64,000 nt of DNA from Octopus vulgaris (Eukaryota), in the NCBI GenBank assembly GCA_951406725.2, contig OX597833.1, positions 36,766,001 to 36,830,000 of the forward strand, in the 5' to 3' direction. The notes beneath the pieces are model-generated. The model saw only the letters and a list, made by a program, of their open reading frames with translations. It was not told the DNA's origin and searched no databases. Below, one piece after another: positions 1 to 14,319 of the stretch. Both the position numbers and the translations under genes were made by a program. The first letter of the stretch is position 1. The number at the start of each line of letters is the position of its first letter.

Positions 1-307
1 GTTATCATGTACATGTATATGTTATCAATGTAATTATGTTATCATTGGGCTTTTCATAAATGACAGTAAACTATATTATCTCCATGAAACAAATACTGAT
101 TAACAAGGCATTTAAGTTTACTAAATTATTAAACTCTGTCGAATTTCCCTTTCAAATGCGCCCTTCAACCGTCACATCTCTAATAATGAAAGAACTGATT
201 ATTTGTTTTGTCTCATCACACGCTCAGCGGGAAAGTCGTACTTCCGATGTCGATAACGAGTACCAGTCATATAATGCGTCGATGATAATAACGAAATACT
301 CTCCGTC

Positions 308-481
308 AGCGGTGTTTCGCCAGTCGCTACATTCTGAGTTCAAATTCCGCAGCAGCCGACTTTGCCTTTCATCCTTTCGAGGTCGATAAATTAAACACCA
401 GTGAAACACTGTCGTCGATATAATCGACTAGTCCCCTGCTCCAAAATTTGAGGCCTTGTGCCTATAATAGATAAGATTATA

Positions 482-522
<41 letters not shown>

Positions 523-735
523 AGTGGTGAGCTGGCAGAATCATTAGCACAGTGCAAATATTATTTAACAGCAGTTCATCTGTCTATGTTCAATTTTCCC
601 CCAAGGTCGGCTTTGCCTTCCATCCATTCGGGATTGATGAAATAAGTATCAATTTGACTACTGGGTTTGGTAAAATCAAATAAGCCTAAAATTTCGAACC
701 TTATACCTATAACAGAAAGTATGATTATTATTATT
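308..735 (+). mobile_element. Two tandem degenerate tRNA-derived SINE copies (family M, central domain GCCTTTCATCCTTTCGGGGTCGATAAA) separated by a (TAT)n tail
   Basis: 308-480 and 521-735 align by eye with the intact copy at 39921-40152 (B-box GAGTTCAAATTC, central domain, tail GGCCTTGTGCCTATA...GATTATT). Confidence 0.8.
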
Positions 736-844
736 ACTTTTATTGAAACGACGACAATGACAACTGCTACGACTATTATTAGAAATAATAATCAAAAGCA
801 CCACAACAACAATGCAGATACTACTAATTGTAAGCACTTGGCTG

Positions 845-872
845 AATTATATATATGTATATGTGTGTGTGA

Positions 873-928
<56 letters not shown>

Positions 929-1004
929 TATATATATATATGTGTGTGTGTGTGTATATATATATTTGTATGTATATATATATATATATACATATATATT
1001 CATA

Positions 1005-1046
<42 letters not shown>

Positions 1047-1237
1047 TTATATTTCACATACTATATCCATTACTACATAGATAGATAGGTAGATAGGTAG
1101 ATAGATAGATAGATAGATAGATAGATTGAATTACATGTATGTATAAAATTATATAAATGTATTTATATATGTAAATATATGTCAGTGTACGTATATATAT
1201 GTGTGTATATATATATATATATATGTATATGTATATC

Positions 1238-1307
<70 letters not shown>

Positions 1308-1432
1308 ACTTGCTTAAGTCATTACACCGGTTTTATCCATAACTTTTGCAGAACACTGGGAGACAACAGAGGAGCAAGCACAGACATTTATATACAAACA
1401 GGCGCACGCGTATACATACACACACACGCACG

Positions 1433-1477
<45 letters not shown>

Positions 1478-1617
1478 GTATATATATATATATATATATA
1501 TATAAATGTATATGCATAAAAACATACACACACACACACACATATATATATATAACTATATATATATACATATATATATATGTATATATATTTACATACA
1601 TATATATATGTACATAC

Positions 1618-1667
<50 letters not shown>

Positions 1668-1690
1668 TATAGATAGATAGATAGATAGAT

Positions 1691-1729
<39 letters not shown>

Positions 1730-1861
1730 CGTACATGCACATATATTTACACATATAAATACTATGTATATTCAATATATATCATATATACAATTTCATG
1801 TATTTATGTCTACACATATACGTATATATATTGCTAAATACTAAATAGGTAGTATATATAT

Positions 1862-1901
<40 letters not shown>

Positions 1902-1952
1902 GTGTCTGTGTGTCTGTGTGTGTGTGTATTTGTGTGTCTATGTGTGTGTATG

Positions 1953-2002
<50 letters not shown>
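845..2002. repeat. Compound microsatellite field (TA)n/(TAGA)n/(TATG)n/(CA)n, representative of dozens across the window
   Basis: Directly visible. It produces the spurious [12 protein letters not shown] ORFs. Confidence 0.98.
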
Positions 2003-2003
<1 letters not shown>

Positions 2004-2005
<2 letters not shown>

Positions 2006-2115
2006 CATGCTTTCGGGGTCGATAAATTAAGTACCAGTCAAGTACTAGGGTCGATGTGATCGATTTCCCCTCTCTCAAAAACTTCAGGCCTTGTGTCCTA
2101 TAGTAGAAAGGATTG
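2004..2115 (+). mobile_element. SINE family M, 3' half
   Basis: TTTCGGGGTCGATAAATTAAGTACCAG...CAGGCCTTGTGTCCTATAGTAGAAAGGATT followed by (TAT)n. Confidence 0.85.
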
Positions 2116-2130
2116 TTATTATTATTATTA

Positions 2131-2205
<75 letters not shown>

Positions 2206-2274
2206 CAGAATGTACGTAACTCCGCCAAATGTGTGGAATGTCACTTTCTTTCCTTTGTCGAATCATTCGTACCT

Positions 2275-2368
2275 TGGCAACCTTGGGAAAGTGTCTTCCA
2301 CCATAGCCTCGGTCCGACCAAATCCTTCTGAGTGGATTTGGTAGACGGAAACTGAAAGAAGCCCGTCG
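2275..2368 (+). mobile_element. CORE-type SINE (OR2-like) fragment
   Basis: CCTTGGGAAAGTGTCTT...GTGGATTTGGTAGACGGAAACTGAAAGAAGCCCGTCG matches 40565-40655. Confidence 0.85.
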
Positions 2369-2378
2369 TATATATATG

Positions 2379-2414
<36 letters not shown>

Positions 2415-2484
2415 TATAGATAGATAGATAGATATATAGACAGATAGATAGATATACACATACATAAATATATACATACAAATA

Positions 2485-2520
<36 letters not shown>

Positions 2521-2614
2521 TATATAGGTATGTTAATTCAAATTGGAAAAATAGAACTCAAAATATGAGTATATTCGCATATAAGTATATATACTTCTGC
2601 TAAATATTCATGTG

Positions 2615-2705
<91 letters not shown>

Positions 2706-3385
2706 ATAAATACTGACACACGTCATATTTGCATGTATAGATTATTATATATATAGATAGATATAGGACAATATATAAATGTGAGACAAGATCTGTAAAA
2801 TATGTTGTGGTATTCATGGCACGCTATTTGTGATTTGAATGAATCCGTGTTTTCTCTCGCTCTCCTCTCTCTTTCCTCTATCTCTTTTATTTCTCATTTT
2901 GTCCCTCCCCTTCACTCTTCCTCCCTCTCTTTTTCTCACCCCTACTCTCTTCTTCTTTCTCTATTTCTCTTCATTAAAATGAGGACCCAAGGTCTTGAAG
3001 CATAGTTGTCTCTAGTCAATATTGAAAGCAGTTGTTTTCGCCTTTTCCTTTTTACTGTTATATAATTTTGTTTGTTATTCAAAACATAACTTACTAATTT
3101 ACTTAATTCTGAGACTGTATAACTATTTGCATAGCCAGTTGCATCTGGCGAATTTTTCCTTTGCACTATCTATTACGTATAATATTTATGGTCCGAGAGA
3201 GGGAGTATTGGAAAATAAATTTTTTTGAAAAATGATATCAATTTAGACGGTTCTTTGTAGGAAACAACAAATAATGGGTTTTTTTTTCACATAAATATAA
3301 CGCCCATGTTTTTGTAAGAATGAATGCCTGTTAAGATGTACCCCACTACAAAGCAACCAAAATATATTATTTGAAATAAGTCTCC

Positions 3386-3422
<37 letters not shown>

Positions 3423-3578
3423 TAGGTGTGTGCGCGCGCGTCTTTATAGCTCATAAATGAAATTTTTATTCATTATTAATTTAAATTCATAAGCGAACAT
3501 CATAAGTATACAAAATATGTGAACAGAGAGGTTGTGAATGAATGGTAGACAAAGATAAAAGAAAGAAAGAAAGAAATA

Positions 3579-3654
<76 letters not shown>

Positions 3655-4122
3655 ATCAAAAAGATAATCAGACAAATAGACGGACAGCAGGCAGACAGAA
3701 AGATGGGACAACGAGAGAGATTTGGCAAAACCTATACAAAGAGGGAGAAGGAATGTGTTAGTTTTACGAACTACACATTTTATAAATGGCAAAAGGTAGT
3801 TCCGTGAACGGTCACACAGCCACAGCAGTAAAGAGACGTGAGAGGGAACGAAGATACATACGCTGAGCCAGACAGCCGAAAGGAGCGAAGGAATATGGCT
3901 GCTAGTATTACGTCATCTATTCAAACAGACATTTTCCGTCTATATATCCCATAATACTTAGATATTAATTTTTGAACTAACGGGAAAAGGTTGTGTAACG
4001 GCTGTTTTATGGTGTTAAGTTAAACAAGGCGCGATTTGCCTCACTCAGTATAGGTAAAATATGACTGGTGCTTAAATACTCTGTCTTTATTTCTCTATCC
4101 ATTTCTCCTTCTCTCTCTCCCC

Positions 4123-4169
<47 letters not shown>

Positions 4170-4214
4170 TACATATATCCATGTATATATATACATATAT
4201 ACATATATACATAC

Positions 4215-4269
<55 letters not shown>

Positions 4270-4411
4270 TCAGGTATATAATTATACATACTATAGGTGA
4301 GTTTCTCTGTATTATATATAGGTGCGTGTGTATATACATATATATCTGTGCATGAGTATGTACTGTATATACTCATATACATATTGTATATATACACACA
4401 CATACACACAC

Positions 4412-4450
<39 letters not shown>

Positions 4451-4453
4451 TAT

Positions 4454-4506
<53 letters not shown>

Positions 4507-4818
4507 CATATATATATAAATACATGTGTGAGTGTGTATGTGCTTATGTATCTGCGTGTGTGTGAACTTTAGATTAGTTAAACTACTTCAAACGTTTTAA
4601 CTAACAAAGTTCGTTTACTCCTAATGGAGGCTATTATATGTGTGATTGTGTGTGTATGTGTGCGAGTGCGCGCGCATGAATATATATATAGATAAATATA
4701 TATACATATGTATGTATATATGTATGTCTATATATAAATATATAGATATATGTATGTCTATATATAAATATATAGATACAAAAATGGAATAAGTATAAAT
4801 AAGGATACAAAGATATAA

Positions 4819-4855
<37 letters not shown>

Positions 4856-4908
4856 CATACGCACACAAACACATGTATATATTATATAAATATATATATG
4901 TAAATATA

Positions 4909-4973
<65 letters not shown>

Positions 4974-5002
4974 GTATATATATGTATGTATATATATATA
5001 TA

Positions 5003-5208
5003 AGTTCAGCAAAATTTAGATACAGATGAATATGGTACTTAAGTTAAAGGCACCACATTTTTGTATGGTATATCCATATAAATCAAATGGGGTGATTATA
5101 ATCAAAATAAGCAACAAGGATATCCAAGGTAGAGAAGTACAATTGTTTCATGCTAGCATGAAACAGTTGTACTACTCTACCTTGGATATCCTTGTTGCAT
5201 ATTTTGAT

Positions 5209-5212
<4 letters not shown>
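5003..5212 (-). mobile_element. PLE-type short element family D: 5'-truncated, 58-bp-arm palindrome, 3' half of an HHR, inserted in (TA)n
   Basis: The minus strand is homologous to 8440-8593 (tail AAATTTTGCTGAAC|TA). The palindrome spans 5097-5212, centred at 5154/5155. GCAT-GAAA-CAATTG-TA is retained. Confidence 0.8.
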
Positions 5213-5262
<50 letters not shown>

Positions 5263-5270
5263 AGAGAGAG

Positions 5271-5329
<59 letters not shown>

Positions 5330-6298
5330 GGATGGATGGATGGATGGATGGATGGATGGATAGAGAGAGAGAGATGATAGACATGCATATAGATACATAA
5401 AAATATATATGTGTGTGTATTTATTTGCATATATATATATACATACATATATATATATATATGTATATATATAAATACACACACACATATATATCCATCC
5501 ATACATACATACATTTATTTATAAATATATATATATATATATATGTATGTATATATATACACACACATATACATCCATCCATCCATCCATCCATCCATCC
5601 ATACATACATACATACATACATACATACATACATACATACATACATACATACATACATACATACATACGAAGAGTGACTTCCCTACTGTACTTATGCAAA
5701 AGAAAATCCTATATTTATTAAACATATAAATGAAAATATAGCTTAATAAATGTGAAATATTTTAATATTTCAAATGTAGATATTAAAGGTTTTCAATTTG
5801 AAATATTCAATTTCAATTTTTCAGAGTTTTTATATGTAACAAGGCACATGTGTGTACTATTTTACTTGATGAGCATACAATACACACACACAGATACACA
5901 CACATATACATGTGCACGCACACATTCACATTCACACCCAAATATATGTGTATGTGAGTGTGTGTACATATATATATATATATGTACTCACATGCACATA
6001 TATATATGCATACACCCCCACGCCCCCCCACACACACATATGCAATCAATTTATTCATATATATGATTCTGTATCTATAAATTCATTCGCGTTCAGTTAA
6101 TAACTATACATACATTTTACAATTTGACGCGACTCTTTATCTATATGTATGCATCAATCTACCAATACGTATGCGTGTATGTATGTATGGATGTATATAG
6201 GTATATATAAATAATAAATATATGTATATATATATGTGTGTGTGTGTGTGTCTGTGTGTCTATGTGTATACATATACATATATATATATATATATACA

Positions 6299-6865
<567 letters not shown>

Positions 6866-6949
6866 TGTGTGTGTGTATGTTTGTGTCTATGTGTGTGAGT
6901 GTGTGTGTGTGTGCGTGTGTGTGTGTGTGCGTGCGTGTGTGCATACATA

Positions 6950-7274
6950 TTCTTTCATTCTTTTACGTGTTTCAGTCATTTGACACCGGCCATGCCTTTA
7001 GTCGAACAAATCTACCTCAGAGCTTATTCTTTGAAAGCCTAGCACTTAATTTATCGGTTCCTTTTACCGAGCCGCTAATTTACGGGGACGTAAACGCATG
7101 AACATTGGTTGTCAAGCGATGTATATATATATATATATATATACTCACACACATACGACGGGCTTCTTTCAGCTTCCATATACCAAATACACTCAAAAGA
7201 CTTTGGATGGCCAGAGGCTTTTTTAGAAATCACTTCACCAAGGTGCCGGGCAGTGGGACAGCCACTCCTGCGCC
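6950..7274 (-). mobile_element. CORE-type SINE, degenerate
   Basis: Reverse complement of the family consensus, ending GCCACTCCTGCGCC. Confidence 0.85.
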
Positions 7275-7320
7275 TATGAGTATATAAATATGTGTGTAGA
7301 TAGACGTGTATATACGTATA

Positions 7321-7435
7321 TCGAAAGGTTAAATCCTCCTTCTTTTTTTCCTTTCCTGAGCGTCCAATAACACTATACTTGTTCCACGTCCTCGCGTAGT
7401 TGTGTTTTCTCTTTGTGTTTTCATGTTTGGATTAG

Positions 7436-7440
<5 letters not shown>
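7321..7440 (+). mobile_element. Family A 3' tail, truncated within the HHR
   Basis: TCGAAAGGTTAAA...CCTGAGCGTCCAATAACACTATACTTGTTCCACGTCCTCGCG...TTTGGATTA then (TA)n. Matches 48918-49030. Confidence 0.85.
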
Positions 7441-7473
<33 letters not shown>

Positions 7474-7491
7474 GTATACAGGTATATATTA

Positions 7492-7574
<83 letters not shown>

Positions 7575-7679
7575 GTCGCCATTTTGGAGTACCGTCTATA
7601 TTTATCACCCTTCCAATGGCCATTTTTTTGGCGATTCTCTTGCGGTGAAGGAGATTGTTCGATATTGTTGCTTTCTGTT

Positions 7680-8110
7680 GAGTTACTTCCAATGACGGAA
7701 GTCCATTGTGGACCTTGGACAACAGGAGGTTAAGTTGTTTTTTAGAAACATCTACCCCATCCACATGCATATCTCTCACAGGTTTTGGCAAGATATTCGG
7801 GTCCTCCCTCTAGATGGGATGGGTGAGGTCTTTGGAACAGTGCTGTGACATCCAGTTTGGGTATGCCAAAATTTTGGTGCCAGCCACTGCAGGATAGTCC
7901 ATGTGTATATCCCCGGATATTTCTTCCTTCTTCCCTCCATGGATTACAGTTTCTCACAGTAGCTCAATCTCTCCCAGTAGCTCAGCACTCAGTTTTCCCA
8001 TTGATACAGTTCTCCTGATATAGCACCGCAGAACTACCACAAGTTCCGCTATTAATTTGAAACTGTGGTGTGACCACAGTTGAAAGCAATAATCCAGATG
8101 GCTGAGGACA
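7680..8110 (-). mobile_element. CR1/L2-group LINE ORF2 C-terminal remnant
   Basis: Minus-strand peptides VLSHLDYCFQLWS and LPKPVRDMH...KKQLNLLLSKV, plus YWERL after a frameshift, resemble the CR1-group post-RT region. Confidence 0.75.
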
Positions 8111-8132
8111 TTTATATATGTGTATGTGTGTG

Positions 8133-8174
<42 letters not shown>

Positions 8175-8202
8175 AAATAAGCAACATGGATATCCAGAGG
8201 TA

Positions 8203-8291
8203 ATGCAGTACGATCGTTTCATGCGACTCCATTTAATTGAACAATGCAAATATTACGTCAATTTAAAATGTAGAGCAATCTTCAGCTCCAT
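8203..8291 (-). ncRNA. Type I hammerhead ribozyme motif (inverted copy)
   Basis: Minus strand: ATGGAG-CTGAAGA-long stem II-GAAA-CGATCG-TA-CTGCAT, with one stem I mismatch. Confidence 0.65.
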
Positions 8292-8372
8292 AAAAATATA
8301 GAATTTAGTTAAATTCGAAAGATTCATTTGTACAGTTTTCTTATTATCCAAAATCACAAAGAGGAAATTTTT

Positions 8373-8461
8373 ATGTAGCTGAAGATTGCTCTACATTTTA
8401 AATTGATATAATATTTGCATTGTTCAATTAAATGGAGTCGCATGAAACGATCGTACTGCAT
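8373..8461 (+). ncRNA. Type I hammerhead ribozyme motif with long stem II
   Basis: Stem I ATGTAG(8373-78)/CTGCAT(8456-61); core CTGAAGA 8379-85; imperfect stem II 8386-8443; GAAA 8444-47; palindromic stem III CGATCG; cleavage triplet GUA (8453-55). Confidence 0.75.
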
Positions 8462-8591
8462 TACCTCTGGATATCCTTGTTGCTTATTTTGATTTTCATT
8501 ACCCCATTTTGAATTATATGGATAATACCATACTAAATTCTGGTGCCTTTAACTTAAGTACCATATTCAACTGAATCTAAATTTTACTGAA

Positions 8592-8655
<64 letters not shown>

Positions 8656-8685
8656 ATATATATACATATATATACATATATACAC

Positions 8686-8785
<100 letters not shown>

Positions 8786-9136
8786 GCACTTCTTTTTGGG
8801 ATATATGATCCATTAAAACCAGCCGAAACTGCAAAGATAATCTGAAACTCGACTGACGAAAGAGAATTCCGAATGACCTGTTCTTGTTTTTCTTGTCCCT
8901 TTTTGTATCATCTGTCTGGGTGTCTTGTTGTCGCCTGTTGCGTTCTTGTTCCATTTTTAGTATTCTTGTATATGTGTGTGTGTGTGTGTGTTGGCGCGCG
9001 TGTGTGTGTGTGTGTTTGCGTGTGTGTGTGTTTGCATGTGTGTGTGTTCGTATTACTCAAGTTTCAAAGGGTTTCACTTACATCCCTGATCACATAAGTG
9101 ATATATTATCTATGAGACATGGTGAGTTTAACATGA

Positions 9137-9204
<68 letters not shown>

Positions 9205-9495
9205 TCTCATATTATGTAAAAATAGTCCTCAGTGATTGGATAGAATATGTGTCAAATGAATAATAATGGAACATAATATACAATAGTGTATATGTATATA
9301 TATATAAGTATATGCAAATATATGCACTCACACACGTCATGACAATTTATAAACTTTCGAGAGAACGTGAAATAATTCTTCGCATGAGGTGAACTGTGAA
9401 TCTCGAAGCACATAAATCGATAAATTGGACTGAAGGATCCTTTTGGATAGATATACGCGTTTGTCTGAACATATATGTTTGTGCGTGTATGTGTG

Positions 9496-9558
<63 letters not shown>

Positions 9559-10072
9559 TATATATATATGTATATATATATATATATGCATATTCGTGTG
9601 TGTGCGTATGTGAATGTGTATCTGTGAGTATGTACGTCGAAGGGTCTGTGTATAAATTTATCTGTATGTTTTGTTAATTTTTGTGCAGTTAGCAAAACAG
9701 CACACTCGCGCAAATGCGCCCGCGCAGAGGACTCACAGTACACATTTTCGAGCATACTAATAAATTTACTTATCTATCCGTCTGCAACTATTCCTGAGCC
9801 AATCACTGTGCATTTCTACTTCTTTGACATTCCGTATACCTTTGTAACGGCTAGCAGGAAAGAAAATTGGTGAGAGATCCGTCGATATATCAGTGTGGTC
9901 ATTTTATATATTTATATACCGATTTACCTGCCCGGGTATTTATATATCGATATATCTACATATTTTAACAATCTATCGATATGACTGTTTATCTATCTAT
10001 CTACAACCAATTTATATCTCTACCTACCTACCGGCGGCGCGCGGGCGCGTTTGTGAGTGTGTATGTGTGTGT

Positions 10073-10125
<53 letters not shown>

Positions 10126-10218
10126 TGTAAAATGCATTTCTCGGTATTTTTCATAGTTATACCTTTGAACGGTCGATGAATAATGTACTCCCAGATATGA
10201 AGAAATTTAAAATATTCC

Positions 10219-10322
<104 letters not shown>

Positions 10323-10579
10323 ATGTAGTGGTTACCAAAAATATTATGAAGGTTAGGGCGTTTACGATACGGGTGGATGAAGAATGAAGGGATGACAATA
10401 AAGAACTGTATTTTAATATTTAGTAGTAGTAGAGCAGAGAGAGAGAGTGAGAGAGATTTTACTGCTAGCTATTTGTACTTAATATAATAGTTATAAATAA
10501 AATAAAGAAAATTTGATAATTAAGATATATATTTTTGAAAGTAAAAGGAATATATTAAGAAATATAAATTACACGTTTC

Positions 10580-10656
<77 letters not shown>

Positions 10657-10976
10657 ATGTGTATTTGTGTGTGTATGTGTGTATATATATATATATACAC
10701 ACACATACATACATACATACATACATACATACATACATACATACATACAAACGTGTATGTATGAACGTGTATGTATGAATGTATGTACGTAGCATTTATT
10801 TTTTTACTTGTTACTGTCATTGTACTGCAGTAATGCTAGGGCACCGCTTTCAAGGGTTCTAGCCGAAAAAATAGACCCCAGTAGATTTTTTTCATGCATG
10901 GCCTTATTCTTTGACCGATATTACCAGACAGGTTGTCGGGCATTGTGGGGAGGACATACACACACATACGTGCATA

Positions 10977-11030
<54 letters not shown>

Positions 11031-11075
11031 TATATATACATACATACATATTTATATATATACATCTATATACAT

Positions 11076-11114
<39 letters not shown>

Positions 11115-11115
<1 letters not shown>

Positions 11116-11236
11116 ATTAGGGTTCAGCAAAAAAATTGCTTTACCACACACCGAACCTTTAGAAAGTCCTTTTACATACTGAACACTGCTTGGTAAAATT
11201 ATTAATTACTAATTAATTAATTAATTTTACCCTTAT

Positions 11237-11240
<4 letters not shown>
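11115..11240 (-). mobile_element. Short TA-flanked retroposed tail (family F) with AT-rich hairpin
   Basis: The minus-strand 3' end TTTTGCTGAACCCTAAT|TATA resembles the family D end. GGTAAAATTA...TAATTTTACC forms an inverted repeat at 11192-11231. Confidence 0.5.
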
Positions 11241-11283
<43 letters not shown>

Positions 11284-11775
11284 CATACATACATACATAC
11301 ATACATAAATACATACATACATACATACATACATACATACATACATACATACAAACATACATACAAACATACATACATACATACATACATACATACATAC
11401 ATACATACATACATACATACGTACGACGGGCTTCTTTCAATACTAGACATTATTATAACGTCTTAAAATTTGTAATATTTTAACTATTCAAATTTGAAGC
11501 TATTAAATACTTAACCATTAAATCTTATTTTGCAATCTAAATTATAACTCTTAAATGATCTCCATCCAAAATAAAAGCATTAAATATAATTAATATTGAC
11601 AGATATAGACAAAGACGAAAATATAGACTGTTCCTCTTTATTATATTAATCGGGTGTGTGTGTGCGCGTATGAATGTACGAATATATGTATGTGATTGTA
11701 TATATAAATGTATATATATGTAATGTGATTGTATATATATAAATTTATATATAAATGTATATATATACATATATA

Positions 11776-11817
<42 letters not shown>

Positions 11818-12265
11818 TGTGTGTCTGTGTGTGTGTGTGCGTACGTGTAGTAACATACACACAGGTTCAATTTCGTTCCTTTATTATTAGTTAATTAGTT
11901 AACTAGCTCCAGGCGATAGCAGACTTCGAAACGAATTTGGAAATCACAAAGTTGCGAATGGCCTCGAAAGAACTTTGGCGGACAAAAAATAAAGAAAAAA
12001 AGGGAAAAGAAGGGAAAAAAGGATTCACTGTTTAACCAAAAAGTTAAACAAATGATCGATTAATTAGTTTGATAGACATTTATCCAATTGGCAATTAATA
12101 AAGAAGTGTTATTGAACCTATGCGTGTGTTATTATTATTAGCGGAACGTTTCAACACGAATTCTCATAAAGAATTTTGCAAACCAAATAAAAATACGATG
12201 TGTGTGTGTATATATATATACAAGCATTTTTCATAGATATATACAAAATATACATACATATCCAC

Positions 12266-12303
<38 letters not shown>

Positions 12304-12431
12304 TCAGAATAGCCAGACAGACAGACAGCCAAACAGACAGACGGGTGGACGGACGGACGGATGGATCGATCGAGGGAGGGACGGGTAGATGCAGAAACAC
12401 ATTCATAGATGCACACATGTATGTATGTGTG

Positions 12432-12520
<89 letters not shown>

Positions 12521-12572
12521 CATATATATGTATGTATGTGTTTATGCATCCATCCATCCATCCATACATACA

Positions 12573-12606
<34 letters not shown>

Positions 12607-12630
12607 CATTTATACATACACACATATATA

Positions 12631-13224
12631 CAAGGTGCGTCCCAAAAGTTTTCAAATTTTTTTCAACGAAGACTTTTATTTATTTCAAAGACGTACATAC
12701 TTTTTATCGCCTTCAAAATAGGATCCTGTGATTTCAACGCACACCATCTCCAAATTGTTTGCCTATTGCTTTTATAGATGATCATCCGCGAAAGTGCTAA
12801 TTTTTTCAACCGACTCATGTTCTGATGCTTTTCCCTTCCAACACCTCTCATCGTCTCTCACCTTCCCTCTACTGTCCTTGAACCACTTGTGCCAACGAAA
12901 ATGGTAATCCATAAGTAGTAGGGAGCATTTCATAAGTTTCTGTGGCCGTTTTTGCCCAATTTAACGCAAAACTTTATTGCATAAGGAGCTCCCAAATTGT
13001 CTTCACATCGCGACTGCATTCTGTAAACTAGCCAGTTGTGACTAACAGTGTTTAGTAGAGTGTGTTTAAAGTGCTATTACAGCCGTCTCTTTCAATCTTA
13101 AATAACAAAAGTTGGCAGATCAGTTTATTAGATGTACAATAATGATATACTAAAATTGCAATGATGTAAGAGAGTTATAACTGTCTTCCCGCAAAAAATC
13201 TTAAAACTTCTGGAATGCACCTCG
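12631..13224 (-). mobile_element. Internally deleted mariner element
   Basis: TIRs CAAGGTGCGTCCCAAAAGTTTT / AAAACTTCTGGAATGCACCTCG with TA on both sides. Minus-strand peptides YAIKFCVKLGK, ATETYEML, RWHKWFKDSR and C-terminal [13 protein letters not shown]. Confidence 0.9.
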
Positions 13225-14008
13225 TAGGTGTAGGTAGATAGATATATACACACAGAGGCACACAATCACATACGTGTTTAATAATAAATAAGTTAATATT
13301 TATAAAGATAGACATATAACTACATGACCAGAGAAATGCAGAGTCACAGCGATATACGCACAGATGCATGCACATGTATACATAGGGGATGCCAACTGCA
13401 AGATAAACTGACAGCTTCAAAACTGTGGTGTATGCGTGACTGTGTGTTAGTGTCAGTGTGTGCGGTTGCGTGTATGCGCACGTATGTGTGTTTGTATGTG
13501 TTTGTTTGTGAGTGTGTGTGCTTGCGGGCGTGTATTTATGAAACGAAAATGTACTATGAGAAATTACTGAGTTATAAGTGACATGTATGTGAACAACAAA
13601 ACCGATAATAGGCATATAAAGCATCATACAAGATAAATTCTTTACGTATTGAAATTGTTTCCACCGAAAGTGAAAGTTGAACAATTGCTAGGTTGTAACT
13701 GTGCTCATCTCTAAACAACAAAGGTACATATTAACGAGAATCAATGATTCTCCAAAATTAACATGCCATTAACGAAAAGTGTGATTGTTTTGAAAGAAGA
13801 CAGATATGAATCACTGACGACTATGAAATTGTAACTTGTCCACCGTGAAGCACAGCTGTTTGGAATGCTGCTACAACACAAGCATTTACCTGAAAATTGC
13901 TATAAAACAAAAAGTACTTGTGATATTGTAATATGTAATGTTTCAAAACCGTAAAGATACAAAAATAAAAAGTGAAATATCGAACCCTGCTGGTATTTGA
14001 TTGACTAC

Positions 14009-14050
<42 letters not shown>

Positions 14051-14068
14051 ATATAATATAATATATAT

Positions 14069-14160
14069 GTTCCATTCTAGCAAAAACTGTCTGATGAACG
14101 GCAACGAGAAACTCAGAGTAACAGATTTTGTTGAATTTTCTGCTGCTTAAAATAAAGTAT
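14069..14160 (+). mobile_element. Family C short element between TA-rich repeats
   Basis: Homologous to 6352-6415. Confidence 0.8.
14081..14130 (+). ncRNA. Type I hammerhead ribozyme motif
   Basis: Stem I CAAAAACTGT/ACAGATTTTG (9 of 10 pairs); CTGATGA 14091-97; stem II ACG-GCAA-CGA (CGT in the 6361 copy, GNRA loop); GAAA 14108-11; stem III CTC-A-GAG; triplet GUA. Confidence 0.8.
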
Positions 14161-14254
14161 ATATATATATATATATATACATGTGTATGTGTGTAGATAT
14201 GCATACATACATATACTTATATATATACACGCACACACGCACGAACACACGCAT

Positions 14255-14309
<55 letters not shown>

Positions 14310-14319
14310 TATATGTATT

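Larger units (their letters stand above)
8173..8593 (+). mobile_element. PLE-type short element family D with ~125-bp inverted 5' duplication, flanked by (TA)n
   Basis: 8173-8297 is the reverse complement of ~8367-8491. The tail ends TTACTGAACC|TATATA. Confidence 0.85.

Noticed and set aside
8820-8970. CTGACGA...GAA followed by a T-rich tail to TA/TG repeats
   Set aside because: No GAAA box after the core and no stem I/III pairing. It may be a decayed tail but is not supportable as an HHR.
9700-9960. CpG-rich patch with CCAAT and E2F-like words
   Set aside because: Short common motifs, with no downstream exon evidence.
13810-13835. CTGACGA-CTAT-GAAA hammerhead-like words
   Set aside because: No room for stem II and no stem I. 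Expected by chance.
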